From Trichosphaerium sp. ATCC 40318 (Eukaryota > Protista > Tubulinea), in NCBI GenBank assembly GCA_038496445.1, contig JALMLS010000087.1, positions 1 through 35,220 on the forward strand: a stretch of 35,220 nt of DNA. Direction: 5' to 3'. Of the stretch, positions 13,180-26,230 are shown piece after piece. Both the position numbers and the translations under genes were made by a program. Below the pieces are notes generated by a model, which ran no database searches, was not told the origin of the DNA, and saw nothing but the letters and a program-made list of their open reading frames with translations. The number at the start of each line of letters is the position of its first letter. Positions within the stretch are counted from its first letter, which is position 1.

Positions 13180-13990
13180 AAGAGTGCACGTAACATTTTG
13201 TTTTTCAAGTGGAGTGCAAAAAGTGTACTTTGTTAGTACACAAAGCCTATCAGTACCTTTGGCTTGTAGTTAGACTCAACACTGATCAATGTAACAAATT
13301 AAATACCTTTACAACATGGTGTGAGGATCTCGATACCTCGAGCTGCTACAACCGAAGTTGTTCGCTTACTGCAGGATGTCGTAGCTTTTGCAGTTTTCAT
13401 GAAACATCATTTAAATGAGGTGAGCAACGCATCAACTATATGTGCCCTTGGTAGTGCTTGGTATTGTAAACTTCGAAGAAACAAAAAAAAAAGGTTGACA
13501 GAAAATTAAAACCATTCACAAAGTCTCTTGCGCATCCCAATGACTGCATCACCTCTTGTTTTCGCTTTATTCGCTCTCATATTCTGCTAATATGTGTTGG
13601 CATCCTATAGAGGATACCTGGTCCCATGCTTTATGTAGCAGCAGTGTTGTTCTGGCGGCTCTTGTACAAAAAAAAAAATCAAACAAACGTTGAGAAATAC
13701 CGTTGTTATCCTGTATATTCGTCATGGCGTTGTTTGGTACTGCTAGGAGCGTTCTTGCTAACGATGTCAGCACCAGTGCACTAAAAATACACGTTCAGAT
13801 AAAGCGTTTTAATACCGAACACAAATGAATTGGCATTCAACATTGCGGAGATATACCTCGTAGGGTTCGATCTGTGTAGCCGTATCAGTCTTGTCAGTTT
13901 CGTGGTTTTTAACCAAACACGTGATTTCTTCGGACAAAATTTAAACTATAAGTATACTGTGACAACAAACTTATCGCTATATAACATTGG
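13180..13990 (-). other. Possible degraded or unresolved multi-exon gene
   Basis: Coding-like segments are separated by T-rich GT-AG intron-like stretches. No consistent frame or family was recognised. Confidence 0.2.
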
Positions 13991-14327
13991 TGCAAATATT
14001 ACGCCATGACGTTTTGTGCGGCGAATCTGCTTCGTGAAATCAAGTGCGTTTGGTTCACTTAAGGGCCTTCTAAGTTTTTACTTTGTTTGACCATTGGCAG
14101 CGAGTGTAATGATACATACTTAGTGATGTATTTTTGTCTGTTTACCCCTTTACCTAGCCTAGTAAACTGTGATCTGGTATCACAGTTTACGTCAATTGAG
14201 GGTTCAATTACATGGGGTACTCTATAAACTTTGCCCATACACCCCTTAACTTTTTTTTTTACAGTCTTTGGTTTTTTTATATTGAGCCCTCTAACTATTT
14301 ATGTTCTCTTGGATTCATATTGACTAT

Positions 14328-14580
14328 TTTACACCTTCTCCAATTACTACAATACTCATTCTGTACACCAACCACAATAAATAAACGCTGTATACTGAAC
14401 TTTGGCTTCGAATATCCAGTTTAGGGTATGTATTTGCTGAATTTCTTTTATTTTTTTCAGTTTTTTACACCTCCTTGTATTGCTGTGTAAGCCATACTGT
14501 GTAACCGCCACACCAAAAAAATGTGTTATAGAAAGTATTGGCTTCGAATTTGAAGATTAAAGTGAGAAATTGCCTTTTTT
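14328..14580 (+). repeat. Diverged ~136-bp tandem duplication in the transposon left arm
   Basis: TTTACACCT recurs at ~14328 and ~14464, and TTGGCTTCGAAT at 14402 and 14538 (period 136), with alignable sequence between them. Confidence 0.65.
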
Positions 14581-14961
14581 AGAAATTGTTTTTTTTTTAT
14601 CCTTTCCTAGTCCACAGTTTTATGATTAAAACGTTATTTTGGGCTCTAGCACGCACAACAAACGCTATTTAAGGGTGTACTGCCTCAAAACAAAAAAAAA
14701 AAGCCTTAAACTGGTTTTTTGTAATTTAAAGCTTAGTTTTAACGTTAAAAGCATAATTCAGCGTTGTATAGGCGCTTCTGAAGCTTTTGGAAGCCTTTCA
14801 ATGAAAAAAGCTATCAACAGCCTATAAAATTGTTTTAATACCACACAAGCCCTTTTTTACGCGCAAAAATACCACTGCAATGTTATATAGCCTTAACAGT
14901 TATTTTTTTTTGTCGGAATTTTTGTGATCATTGACAACTCATTATTGTAGGTTAAAAACTC

Positions 14962-17757
14962 ATGACAAGCTCCAATAGAACATCTCAAAACTGTTTTTTA
15001 TGCACTTTTGATATAACATGCAATGTAACAGAGGCAAAAAACAAAAAAAAATATCGACGAATTGATAAAGAATTAGTACATGCTAGTTGTTATTATGAAT
15101 ACTACAAACAGCTCAAAAGTAAACATTGTATACTTAAATTCTTCCTCACTCTTTTTTTAGAGCCCAAGAATCCAATCATTCTTGATGAAGAAAATGTTGA
15201 TCAATACATGGGGATGGATTTGACAGCCGTTGAACTTACAATAGAAACTCCTTTCAATTTGTCTTTATTACCTCAACCTGCACTTGTCGATGAATGCCAT
15301 GCTGATATGGTTGATGTTACCAATGAAAGCAGTCCAAGAAACATAGAATGTGGATCATCGTCCATTGATGAGCCTACCACAAATCTTTCGTTCAAACCAA
15401 CCTTTACTCCATTGGCACGTGCACCAACATCAAAGCCTTTCTCTGATGACCAGATGGTTTCTGTTCCTGTGAAATTGTTGGAGACTCTGGCTAAAGGAGT
15501 GAGCTGTTGCCCTTCATGCAAAGATCCAGAAGTGGTATTCAGTAAAATACATTGTGAAGCTGAATACACATCCGTCATTTATAATTGTTGGAATTGCAAA
15601 ACACCTTTTTCTATTTCCAACTCTAAACCAAAACCATTTCATGCTAACAAAGATGTTCCTGGACGTGGAATAAAGAGTATTAACTTACATACAGTGGCAA
15701 GTGTGTTGTTGTCTGGTATTGGATTCCGAGAATATAATACATTTGCTGCATACACTGGCAAACAAGTATGTCATGCGTTTTTTATTGTAGCTATTTTACC
15801 TCAACATGTAAACTTCCATGTCGGCATAGCAAATTGTTTACGTATTTATTTTTAGGCTATTTCAAGTGCATCTTTCTATACTATCCTGCCACATGTTGCT
15901 GAAGCAGTTAAAGTTGTTGCAAAACGATCGATGAAAGCAGAATGTGATAAAGTGTATTCACAATATGCCAAAACAAACACTAAAGGCCAACATTTAGTGC
16001 TTGGTGGTGATGGTGCATGGATGTCTAGAGGATGGCATTCACGTAGTCATGTTTACACTGTATTTGATTTAATTACAAAGAAAATTCTAGCTTTAGAAGT
16101 TGTGGAAAAGTCAGCAAGCATACAAAAAGGGGATTCTGTTTTGTTATACAAAAAAGGCAATTATTGTGAAGATGAAAGTTCAAAAGGCATGGAGGGAGTC
16201 GGTTTGCAAAGAGTATTGAAGACTCTTGCTCCTCTTTTAAAATATACTTCTATGTTTATCACAGATGGAGATGCTAGTGTTCCTGTAATAGTTAAAGGAA
16301 ATGCTCAAGTGTCGAAATTAGTAGCTGCTAAACGACTAGCTTTTAATTTGGATTTTGGCCACTTTCGAAAAAAACTAGTTAAAGATGCAAAGAACATTCT
16401 TGGTGACAAAAAACGTTATAAAGGGTTTGCAAAACACATCGTTAATTGGATTGTGTATGCTATAGTAGAAGGCAAAAAAAGGAATTGGACAGAAGAAAAG
16501 GTACTAGTTATGTTGTTATATTACTAACAAATACTAGATGCAATCACATTTTTTGTTGTGTATGGACCATTTAGTTTCTCATTATACAACCATGAGTTGC
16601 GTGTCCACTTGTCCGTGTAGAAATACAACAACATTGGACATGTTAGCTTCAAAACGCAGCAACAATAGATCAACATTGGAATTGTTGCCTACTGAGCTGC
16701 TTATAGAAATAGCATTGATGATGCCAAAAAAAAAGCTGTTCTGCTTTTGTAATGACTTCAATACGACTGTTTTCTCTTACTCGTCAATGTAAAACATTAC
16801 GAGCAACCCATTACAAGAAACACAAACCTGAATTACAATGGTGCGTTTTCAATACACAACACAGATAATAACACATATAGTCTTGACCTCAATAACAAAG
16901 AAGATGTTATTATCATTGAGGGGATTAAAAGAAATTCCAATAGTAATAATGAACGTGTTATTGACATTGAAGAGGACATTGATATTGATGATGAAGAAGA
17001 GGAATTTTTTAACAACAAACCAAGTATTGGCCGAATCCCTGTTAAAGACATTGGATTACGAGGATGGGCTGAAGTATTAAAAAGGTATGTGTACAGAATA
17101 TGCCATAAATGGACTACCAGTTTGGTTGAATCATGCAACAATGAGCGGTGCGTTTACACTGATAAACGAATATTCTATAAAATCACTTTTGAAATGCGAA
17201 CTTTAATTGCAGCTGGAGTCCACAATCTTGGCCGCCTACAATTTGCTATAGAAGTTTTTGCACTATTACAAATACCCATGTCTGAAGCAACTACAACATT
17301 TCTAGAAACATTAACTGAAAAGGCTGCAAACCTGTCCCAAAAAAGACAATCACCTGAACATAAAAAACAAAAAAAAATAAGAAGAGCCAACAAGAAATCA
17401 AAAGTATATCGCAAACATAAAAACACAAGCTACAAAGATCTTCCTTCAGAAACAACCACATTGACAGGTTTAAAAAGAAAAGGTGCAACAGCAACAACAA
17501 AAGCACAAAAAAAACAACGTCTCAATGCTGAAGACGATCCACTACTATACATTTGGCAATGTCCAAAAAAAACCCACATGAGTCCAATTCTATGGAAAAA
17601 ATCGATGCATAAACAAGGATTAGAGCTTATTTGTGACTACTACCCTGATAAAAAAGACTTTGACATCTGGGCTGATGAGGTACAGGAGGTTTACCGCAAA
17701 CAAGTAACTCGTGATGATTGGCGTAAGATTAAGGAAAAAAACCAAAAGAAAAAATAA
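14962..17757 (+). CDS. DDE transposase (~861 aa after splicing and one 1-nt correction) with Zn-binding motifs and an internal F-box-like domain
   Basis: Exons are 14962-15118, 15161-15765, 15856-16500, 16538-16840 and 16881-17757, all with GT-AG introns. Catalytic motifs: GGDGAWMSRGWHS (D at 16009), ITDGDAS (D at 16264), DFGH and TSLVESCNN (E at 17128). Cys/His clusters are CFLC..HASC and CPSC..CWNC, and there is a Lys-rich NLS-like tail. The model needs one A removed from the A9 run at 16726-16734. Confidence 0.85.
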
Positions 17758-17983
17758 ATTTGATTTTTTTATTGTGGCTTGTACATAATTAATAGCGCTA
17801 TTATTTGGTACAGCGCATGCCACACAACAGTACTTTCGGCTCTCAAAAAATCAGTCCAAAAAACTAATTTCTATGAATCCAGGAGAACGCCCTTAAGCAA
17901 ACAATTGTTTTGAAGGCCAATCACATCACAAATATCTCTTGTTACATCGCAGCGTCTCTTATTACATAAATACCTTTGATCAC

Positions 17984-19157
17984 ATGCATTTTATGTCCAT
18001 ATTTGTGTTATTGGCCTTAATTATATCTATTTCTTGTCGCCAAATACCTCCTGGATATGTTTATGGTGTGGCTTCATCACTAACTGGCCCTGAAAATGTT
18101 GAAGTATTTTATACAGACTTAGAGTTTAATAATGGTAAAATACCTTTACACCTTTGTTTCGTACTTAACTATTTGCAGAACCTACTTCTCTTGGTGTCAC
18201 TGCTACGTTTGCGCTTTGAATAGAACAATTTCCAATCATAAGTAAGCCAAAGTTGTAAAACCAATTATGCTGTTTTTACAGGCTGATGATACTTTTTTAG
18301 TACCTTCATTTGATGGCTCGATGATTCTCTTGACAATGATAGAAGCCAGTACATTTAAAGTAATAGTTAAATCAATTGACAACACATTAATATGTACTGG
18401 CGAATTCCCAGAGCTTGTTGCTGCCGGTCAATTTATTGATGATACAACATTCATTGTTTGGCTTAGCTCGACATTCACAGTGGCAACATATAAACTTGAC
18501 ATAACAAATACGGATAACTGTGTATCTTCAATATACTCATGCGGAACACCAATAAGACCTCCTGGATTTGTTGGAAGTACGTTGGCTAACAACAATTTGT
18601 TCTTTTTTCTTCTTTTTTTCTCGCTTGATATGACTTACTTTTTCGGTTACAGTGGTAGTTGATAGCGAAACAACAATGGTGGCTGTTTTTCAAAGCTCTG
18701 GGGACACTGTGCTTTATACTATTGATACACCAGCTTTTTTTGTTCCAGGAGCATGTGTTATTGACATGGCATCTGTCAGTACTTTAGGTACTGTTGGGGG
18801 TATTTTCTTGTTAACAAGGCTTGATGATACTAGAAATATTGGTATCGACGTTAATACCGCCACCCCACGAGTGTCAATAGCAATTGATAAAACAACAGGT
18901 ACTTATGTTCTCTTCAATCATTTATTGGTTATTATATTTGGCTTACAAGAATTGTAGGCACTCAAACACCATATAGAACAATTCAATCACCAAGCATCAC
19001 TATTCCAACACTCTACCCAGGTTTAATAGCTCCGTGTGTATCAAGGTGACTTTAAAAAGATTCATCTTCGATACTCATTTAACTTGTGTTTAGTAAACGG
19101 TCAGCAAAGGCAGTGGCGTCATTAAATGAAGAACGAATAGCACTGCTACATCGTTAA
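17984..19157 (+). pseudogene. Inverted paralogue of the 2054-3212 secreted protein with a premature stop
   Basis: Same exon/intron structure (introns 18135-18178, 18242-18300, etc.). In exon 2, TGA at 18217-18219 aligns with CAA (Gln) of the other copy. Confidence 0.75.
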
Positions 19158-19653
19158 GTACTAGGGTTATTTAATAAACTTATACTTGAAGTGCTTTTTA
19201 AACTGTGTCATGAATTTATCTAAATACGCTGTACTATAGCGTAATAGTCACTGGCCTTGTACGCTTACAATGGTAAGTAAAGAGTCTAGTGTGATGCTAT
19301 TATTGATCAGGTCACCATATCCAGTATTACTAGACAACTACAATTAGTGGTAAACATTGTTGAGGCCGATTTTATTTGCTTAGAAAATTCCCCATTCCGC
19401 TTTAAGTCATACAATGTTGCTGCCTTCGAATATCTAGTTTGTACAACCGAAATTAATGACTAACAGGGCAACCTGGACCCACTCCAATGGTCAACTTGGA
19501 GCAGCTTTTTAATTTTACAAGCTCGGCAGATTTTGAAAGGTATAGAAGGCTTACGTAAAACACATTTTGACTGTTCTATAAAAGATACTGCACTTGGAAT
19601 TGGCAATTGCACTTGACCAAAGCCACATGTACATTTTATTTAGCTAAAAAACC

Positions 19654-21567
19654 TTATTTTACAGATAATTCTTTGGCAATACTCTTCACATTATCAGTCT
19701 CATAATATGGTACTTTGACAGATGATTAGACCGATAAAAATATAAACAACATTTTCTCACATTTTTGAGAGTGGGAAACTACTAGGTCTGTTTCTTTTTC
19801 ACAAATGAAGGGTTTTAAGGAAATTTACTATTACAGTTTGTACAGTGTTTTTCGACATGGAATTTACCGGTTTTATGATTGGTACTTAACTTGTACCCTT
19901 CAATAGAGAGTTTGTATGTGTAAGTAATCCCCTTTTTTTTTTTATAAGCATGATTGTTGGTTTTTTTTTTACTTACCTCTGTTTCGCTCTTTTGCTTGAT
20001 GCATCTGAGAACTTCTTCCAATCCCACTCTTCATCTGGATACAAGTGTAATAAAATTCGAGGCCATTTCCTTACAAGACCAGGTGCACCAACATCAGTGA
20101 TATCTTGAGTTGAAACACGGTACCTTGTTGTATGTTTGTTAGTCAATAGTAAATCAGAAAATTTTGAGAAAGAACACAATGTGGTGTACCAGTCCTTCGG
20201 TTTTTGCAGATTTAATCGTTTCTTTATCTTGTTTAAAATTTTTACAATATTCCTTGTAGTTGCCCAATACATATTTGGCTTCTTACTAATCCAGAAAAAC
20301 AAGTGTCAAAAAAAAAAGATGAAACATGAAAAAAGTGTTTCCATGAAATATGCTGTGTACCTGAACTCTGAAGCTTGCCAGTTATAATCAGGATATACTG
20401 ATTTTAACATATAAGAAGGAGAATCATTATAACTAAATGAATAAGAAACTTGATAGTAAACAGTGAACTTGACAACAAAAACAGAAAAAATCGAAAATCA
20501 CTCTCCCTTAACGTACATCAGAAGAAGTGTCCTGCCACCTCTATTATTTATTGTTCCACATCTTATAGTATACCAATCATCTAGAGTTTTGAAATTAATA
20601 TCCTTGGCAACTCCGTTCAAGAATAAGCCTTGATTGTGTTTATCTTCCCACCATCCACCAGGCATGTTTCTGAACAAAATATAAGGTCACAAAGAAAATA
20701 CAAACACCGCACTCGAATCGCCATATTACCCATTCATACTCAGGGTAAGCATCCATCAGTGCAGCTGAATATGATCTATTGTATCTAAGGTTTACTTAGA
20801 CTATTCCAACAGGCTACAGCAGAAAAGTTCTTCCGGGATTTTTGGTACGTACTTGCCAATGAGCGACGAGTTTCCTTCAACAAGACACAAGCTAAACCCA
20901 CTCACTTTATACCAATCAGTCATTAGCATAACTTTTAATGTCACAGCCATATGTTCAAAATAAGCTCTAGAGTTCTTCCGTGTCCAACAATCAGTCGGCG
21001 TAAGTCTAGTTCCAAAAAAGTCAGTTAAACCATAATCGCATCAATCAGGCACAACAAAAACATTGTCACGTGATAAGCACGTTGATAGAAAGAAACAAGA
21101 AAAGTAAAGCTTCAACAATTAAAACTAAAGAGCGAAGAGTAAAGGCGTACTTGAACTTCCAAACTTGCCAATTGTAATTGCTGTAAATTGACATGAGAGC
21201 GGTTGGCATACAACCCTCGAACCTGCACCAAAACGTCTTTTTTAATTGTATAATCGGTACAAAGCGTAGCTTACAGCTTTAATAAAGCGGGTGGAGTGGC
21301 TTTGACCGTTTCTCGCTTCAATGTTGCTTTATCAACGTCATACCACCCCTCAGCTGTTTTCACGCCAAGATCTGTTGCCCAAGAGTCCATTTCCATTCGT
21401 TGGTTAGCGAGTATGTACGAACTGGCTGTAAAATTAGTTAGATTACCGCACACTACGTAATAGTTACTCTACAGACCATATTTTACAGTATTAACCGATT
21501 GTAATTTTGCAAGCTTTAAACGAGATTTTCTGGCGTTAAATGGGCCTATGCTCGATCTTCCAAGCAT
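19654..21567 (-). CDS. Trp-rich 75-aa tandem-repeat protein A (4 repeats), presequence-like N-terminus
   Basis: A spliced repeat reads NMPGGWWEDKHNQGLFLNGVAKDINFKTLDDWYTIRCGTINNRGGRTLLLIYNDSPSYMLKSVYPDYNWQASEF. Example exons are 20669-20517 (153 nt) and 20784-20713 (72 nt), with phase-2 introns. As written the frame stops at 19886; adding one G in AAGGG extends it to 19654. The start is approximate. Confidence 0.8.
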
Positions 21568-22092
21568 AGAGAGCGGGTTAAAACGCCGTACGGCGCTATA
21601 CGGCCGGTTGTGGATAATTACTCAAAGTCAAACATCTTCTCAACATCAACTCTGACTTGCTGGTCCTAAACACTATCTTTACAACTTGTAGGCGCAGTCT
21701 TAACGTTTTTACTACATTTCAGCGTCTCATTCACTATTGGCTATAAAAATGGCGACAGCGGCGTTTAGACGCAAGTTTAGGCTAATATTCGGTTCATTGC
21801 ATGCATCTTTTTGCTGAGAAAATAGAGTCATTCAGTTACTTTTTTTATTTTATTTTCCTTCATGAACGGCAATTTGGATGAAAATTGATTTAAACGAAGT
21901 TGTGAAGATACCGTAATTATCGTATATGCGCTATTGTTTTAGTATGTTTCAAGCATGGAATTCCCGTAGCTCTCCAAACTCGAGAATTCTGTGTTTCTTG
22001 GTTTTTTTTTTTCTTCCAAAAATGATTTTCTGTTCACTGAGAATAGTAAACTTATTCGAATACTTTTAAGCCCAAATACAATCATATTATTA

Positions 22093-22133
22093 AACAATAA
22101 CAACCAACACAACAACAACAACAACAACAACAA
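22093..22133 (+). repeat. (CAA)n microsatellite just upstream of the actin ATG
   Basis: AACAATAACAACCAACACAACAACAACAACAACAACAACAA is seen directly. Confidence 0.85.
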
Positions 22134-22143
22134 ACTTCAAAAA

Positions 22144-23781
<1,638 letters not shown>

Positions 23782-24218
23782 ACTCAACTTGTAACAAAAA
23801 ACTACATAAAAAATAAATAGTTTTTTCACCTCAATATCAAGTACTTGCTTTTTTCTTCTTGTTTTCGGTTTTTATGTTCATTTCCATGAGTACCGTATTA
23901 ACACGGCCTATCAAAATATTATTAGGAAAGAATTCACGTGTGCAGAGGCGAAATTTTTGTGAAACTACTTGGTAGTAAGTGACAACAAAGAAAATTGATG
24001 GTTTTTTTTGGTATTTTTTTTTTTACTAAAGCTTCGTTGCGTTGCTGTGTTGCAACAAACAAGCATGTTGCTATTGTACAAAGAGATCAAAATATTGTGT
24101 TTAAGCATTTGTAGTATTAAAGAATGCATTTTTAAGGCGACCCAACGTAGTTGTATCCTAAAAGTAAACTTAGAAAAAAAAAAACATCAACAAAACTAAT
24201 GAGAGTTTTAAAGCAAAA

Positions 24219-26030
24219 TCATCTTAAGCGTTGTGTCTTAAGGATTTTTAGTGAAATCCATACCTCAGCGCTCTTCTTCTGAGCAGCAGTAAGTTGAGCT
24301 TCTAACTTTTTGTTCTGTGCCTAAGAAGCAATTAACAAGAGTGCTGAATAAAAAATGCAGAAGTGTTGCTGATAGAAGTACAAAAAAAAAACTCACCTCC
24401 AGTTGTTTAACGCGTTTTTCAAGAGCACTGTTCTTTTTCTCCACACGCACCACATGAGCCTAAATGACATCAATACACAATAAAAAATAACAACAACGAA
24501 CGGAACTAAAAAGTTTCAAAAAAAAAGAAAAAGAAAATAAGTTGCTTACCTTAATGCTAGCAGAATGAAGTTCAAGTAACGCTGATATCTTTTGCGCTAA
24601 TGCGTCACTCTTATCATCAATTACAGGATGTCTATTTACATCGCTCACAGAAGAACCAGAAGAACTCTTACGCAATGTATCTTTCTTAGGTTCAACACGA
24701 CTAACTGCTTTCACAGCAGGCTTAGCCTTTACTACAGGCTTCACTTTCGCTACTGGTTTCACAGCGTCAGAGCTCTTACGAGATCCTGAATGGTTCGACG
24801 ATACTACACGTTTTGTACCATTATCTTTAGGAAGAGGCTAATAACATATAAGACTAGACACGAAGCACGTACGTGTCTCAAAAATATAAGAAAAAAAATA
24901 AGAAAAAAAAAAAATGTCTTTTCGAACACGTGTTCCTTGAAAGAATTTGTGAAATACCTCGATAGTATCAAGCAAGTTTGTCAAATCTTCAGGTTCAGGG
25001 ATAATATCATCACTCTTGGTAGAACCAAGAATAGGATCAACAAGAGGTAAAGTAGTAGCTGACGATGTTGAACCAGAAAGTTTTGAAGAAGGAGTGCTTC
25101 GAGGAAATTGTTCATTAGTCGCATTGGCATCAGGCGTCAACGGTAAAATAGTATCTGTAGTTGTAGCCTCAGGTGATATATCTCCATTATTACTGAATAA
25201 GTGACTTTCTATACAAGACAAGAAGTGTAAGTCGAGTTTCCAAAACGAACGTTTTTCAAAATTGCTTTTTTTTTGGACTTCATAATTTTTACGTTTGTTG
25301 TTTGTCAATCAGTACCTAGTGGTGTCTGTATAGGTAAAGCTGAATCACTCATGTACTCTGGCTTGTTTGCAGGCTAAAGTCAGGTTACTTGGCCGAGAAA
25401 ATAAGAAATTGCGACTCACCTTCATAGGCGTAACGTTAGGTGATCCTGACGCATCTAAAAGGGCGAAAAGAGGCATTGATACATTTCCAGGAGCCTTTTA
25501 AAGAAAATGAGTTAGCTACGTGTAGAAAATAGATTCTAACGAAGAAAAATCCTGTATAGGACTGTAGCTGGCATGAAAATAGCGACGTTAGCAATTTTGG
25601 GAGTTTTTGCCACAACAATGCGTTTTCGGTTCTCAAAAGTTATACCGTGGCAGATCTAGTAAGCGCTGCTGGTTTTTGTGGCGAGAAAGCCGCAGGTAGT
25701 GCAGATGGAGGTGTAGCTTCCTCTAATAAATGCGTTAAATACAGCGTTAACGTTTAACGTACTCTTTGGTGAGTCGAAGAAGCCTAAATCCTCGTGCTTG
25801 ATAATGGGTTCTTCTTCCTTTGGCTTTTGGAAGGGATCAAACTCCTGGAACGAGTTTCCTGCTCCTTGTTGTGCCGTATTTGAATCAAAAGGGTACAAGG
25901 AAGACAAACCACCTAGCGAATCTGCCATAACTGCGTTTAAAGAGTTTACCAAGTGATTACTTGTTTAATTATACGAGAGAAACGCGTTAACAAAGCGAAA
26001 CAAGCGAAAACAAAGACCTTTTCAAGAGTC
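24219..26030 (-). CDS. Hypothetical low-complexity (Ser/Pro/Lys-rich) protein with C-terminal coiled coil, multi-exon
   Basis: ORF-track pieces 25656-25952, 24838-25308, 24460-24762 and 24265-24453 contain GT-AG-bounded exons. The C-terminus AHVVRVEKKNSALEKRVKQLEAQNKKLEAQLTAAQKKSAE is heptad-like. Both ends are approximate. Confidence 0.6.
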
Positions 26031-26230
26031 CATTTTGTTCTTCTTCACAGAATTTTTTCAAACCAAAAACTGGCCAGTATCTCAACTACCTTCCTCCCGT
26101 TATGACTCATTATCAAGAACAACGCTACTCAGTACTGAAGCAAAGCTTTTTAACACAATACAAAGCCAAGAAAATACAGTACAAGAATGAACAAACAAAA
26201 CCCAAAAATAGGAGTGTCTTTTTCAGTCGT

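Larger units (their letters stand above)
14063..17892 (+). mobile_element. Kolobok-like cut-and-paste DNA transposon with TTAA target-site duplication
   Basis: Left end is TTAA (14059-14062) + GGGCCTTCT; right end is AGAACGCCC + TTAA (17893-17896). The terminal inverted repeat matches 8/9. GG...CC termini with TTAA fit Kolobok rather than piggyBac (CCC...GGG). The element encloses a DDE transposase. An alternative left end TTAA-GGGTGTACT lies at 14669. Confidence 0.78.

Noticed and set aside
16726-16734. Programmed ribosomal frameshift at the A9 run in the transposase
   Set aside because: Frame breaks here and at ~19897 lie in homopolymers, so sequencing error or simple mutation is more parsimonious. 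No stimulatory structure was seen.
14059-17896. piggyBac assignment based on TTAA
   Set aside because: The termini are GGG...CCC rather than CCC...GGG, and the transposase motifs are not piggyBac-type.
18217-18219. Stop-codon reassignment (TGA read as sense)
   Set aside because: It is a single case aligned to Gln in a duplicate gene. The conserved genes (actin, esterase) need no readthrough and use TGG for Trp.
18242-18300. Non-canonical splice site in the duplicated secreted-protein genes
   Set aside because: The phase conflict at the first AG (18281) is resolved by the downstream TTTTTAG acceptor at 18300, and the same holds in the other copy.
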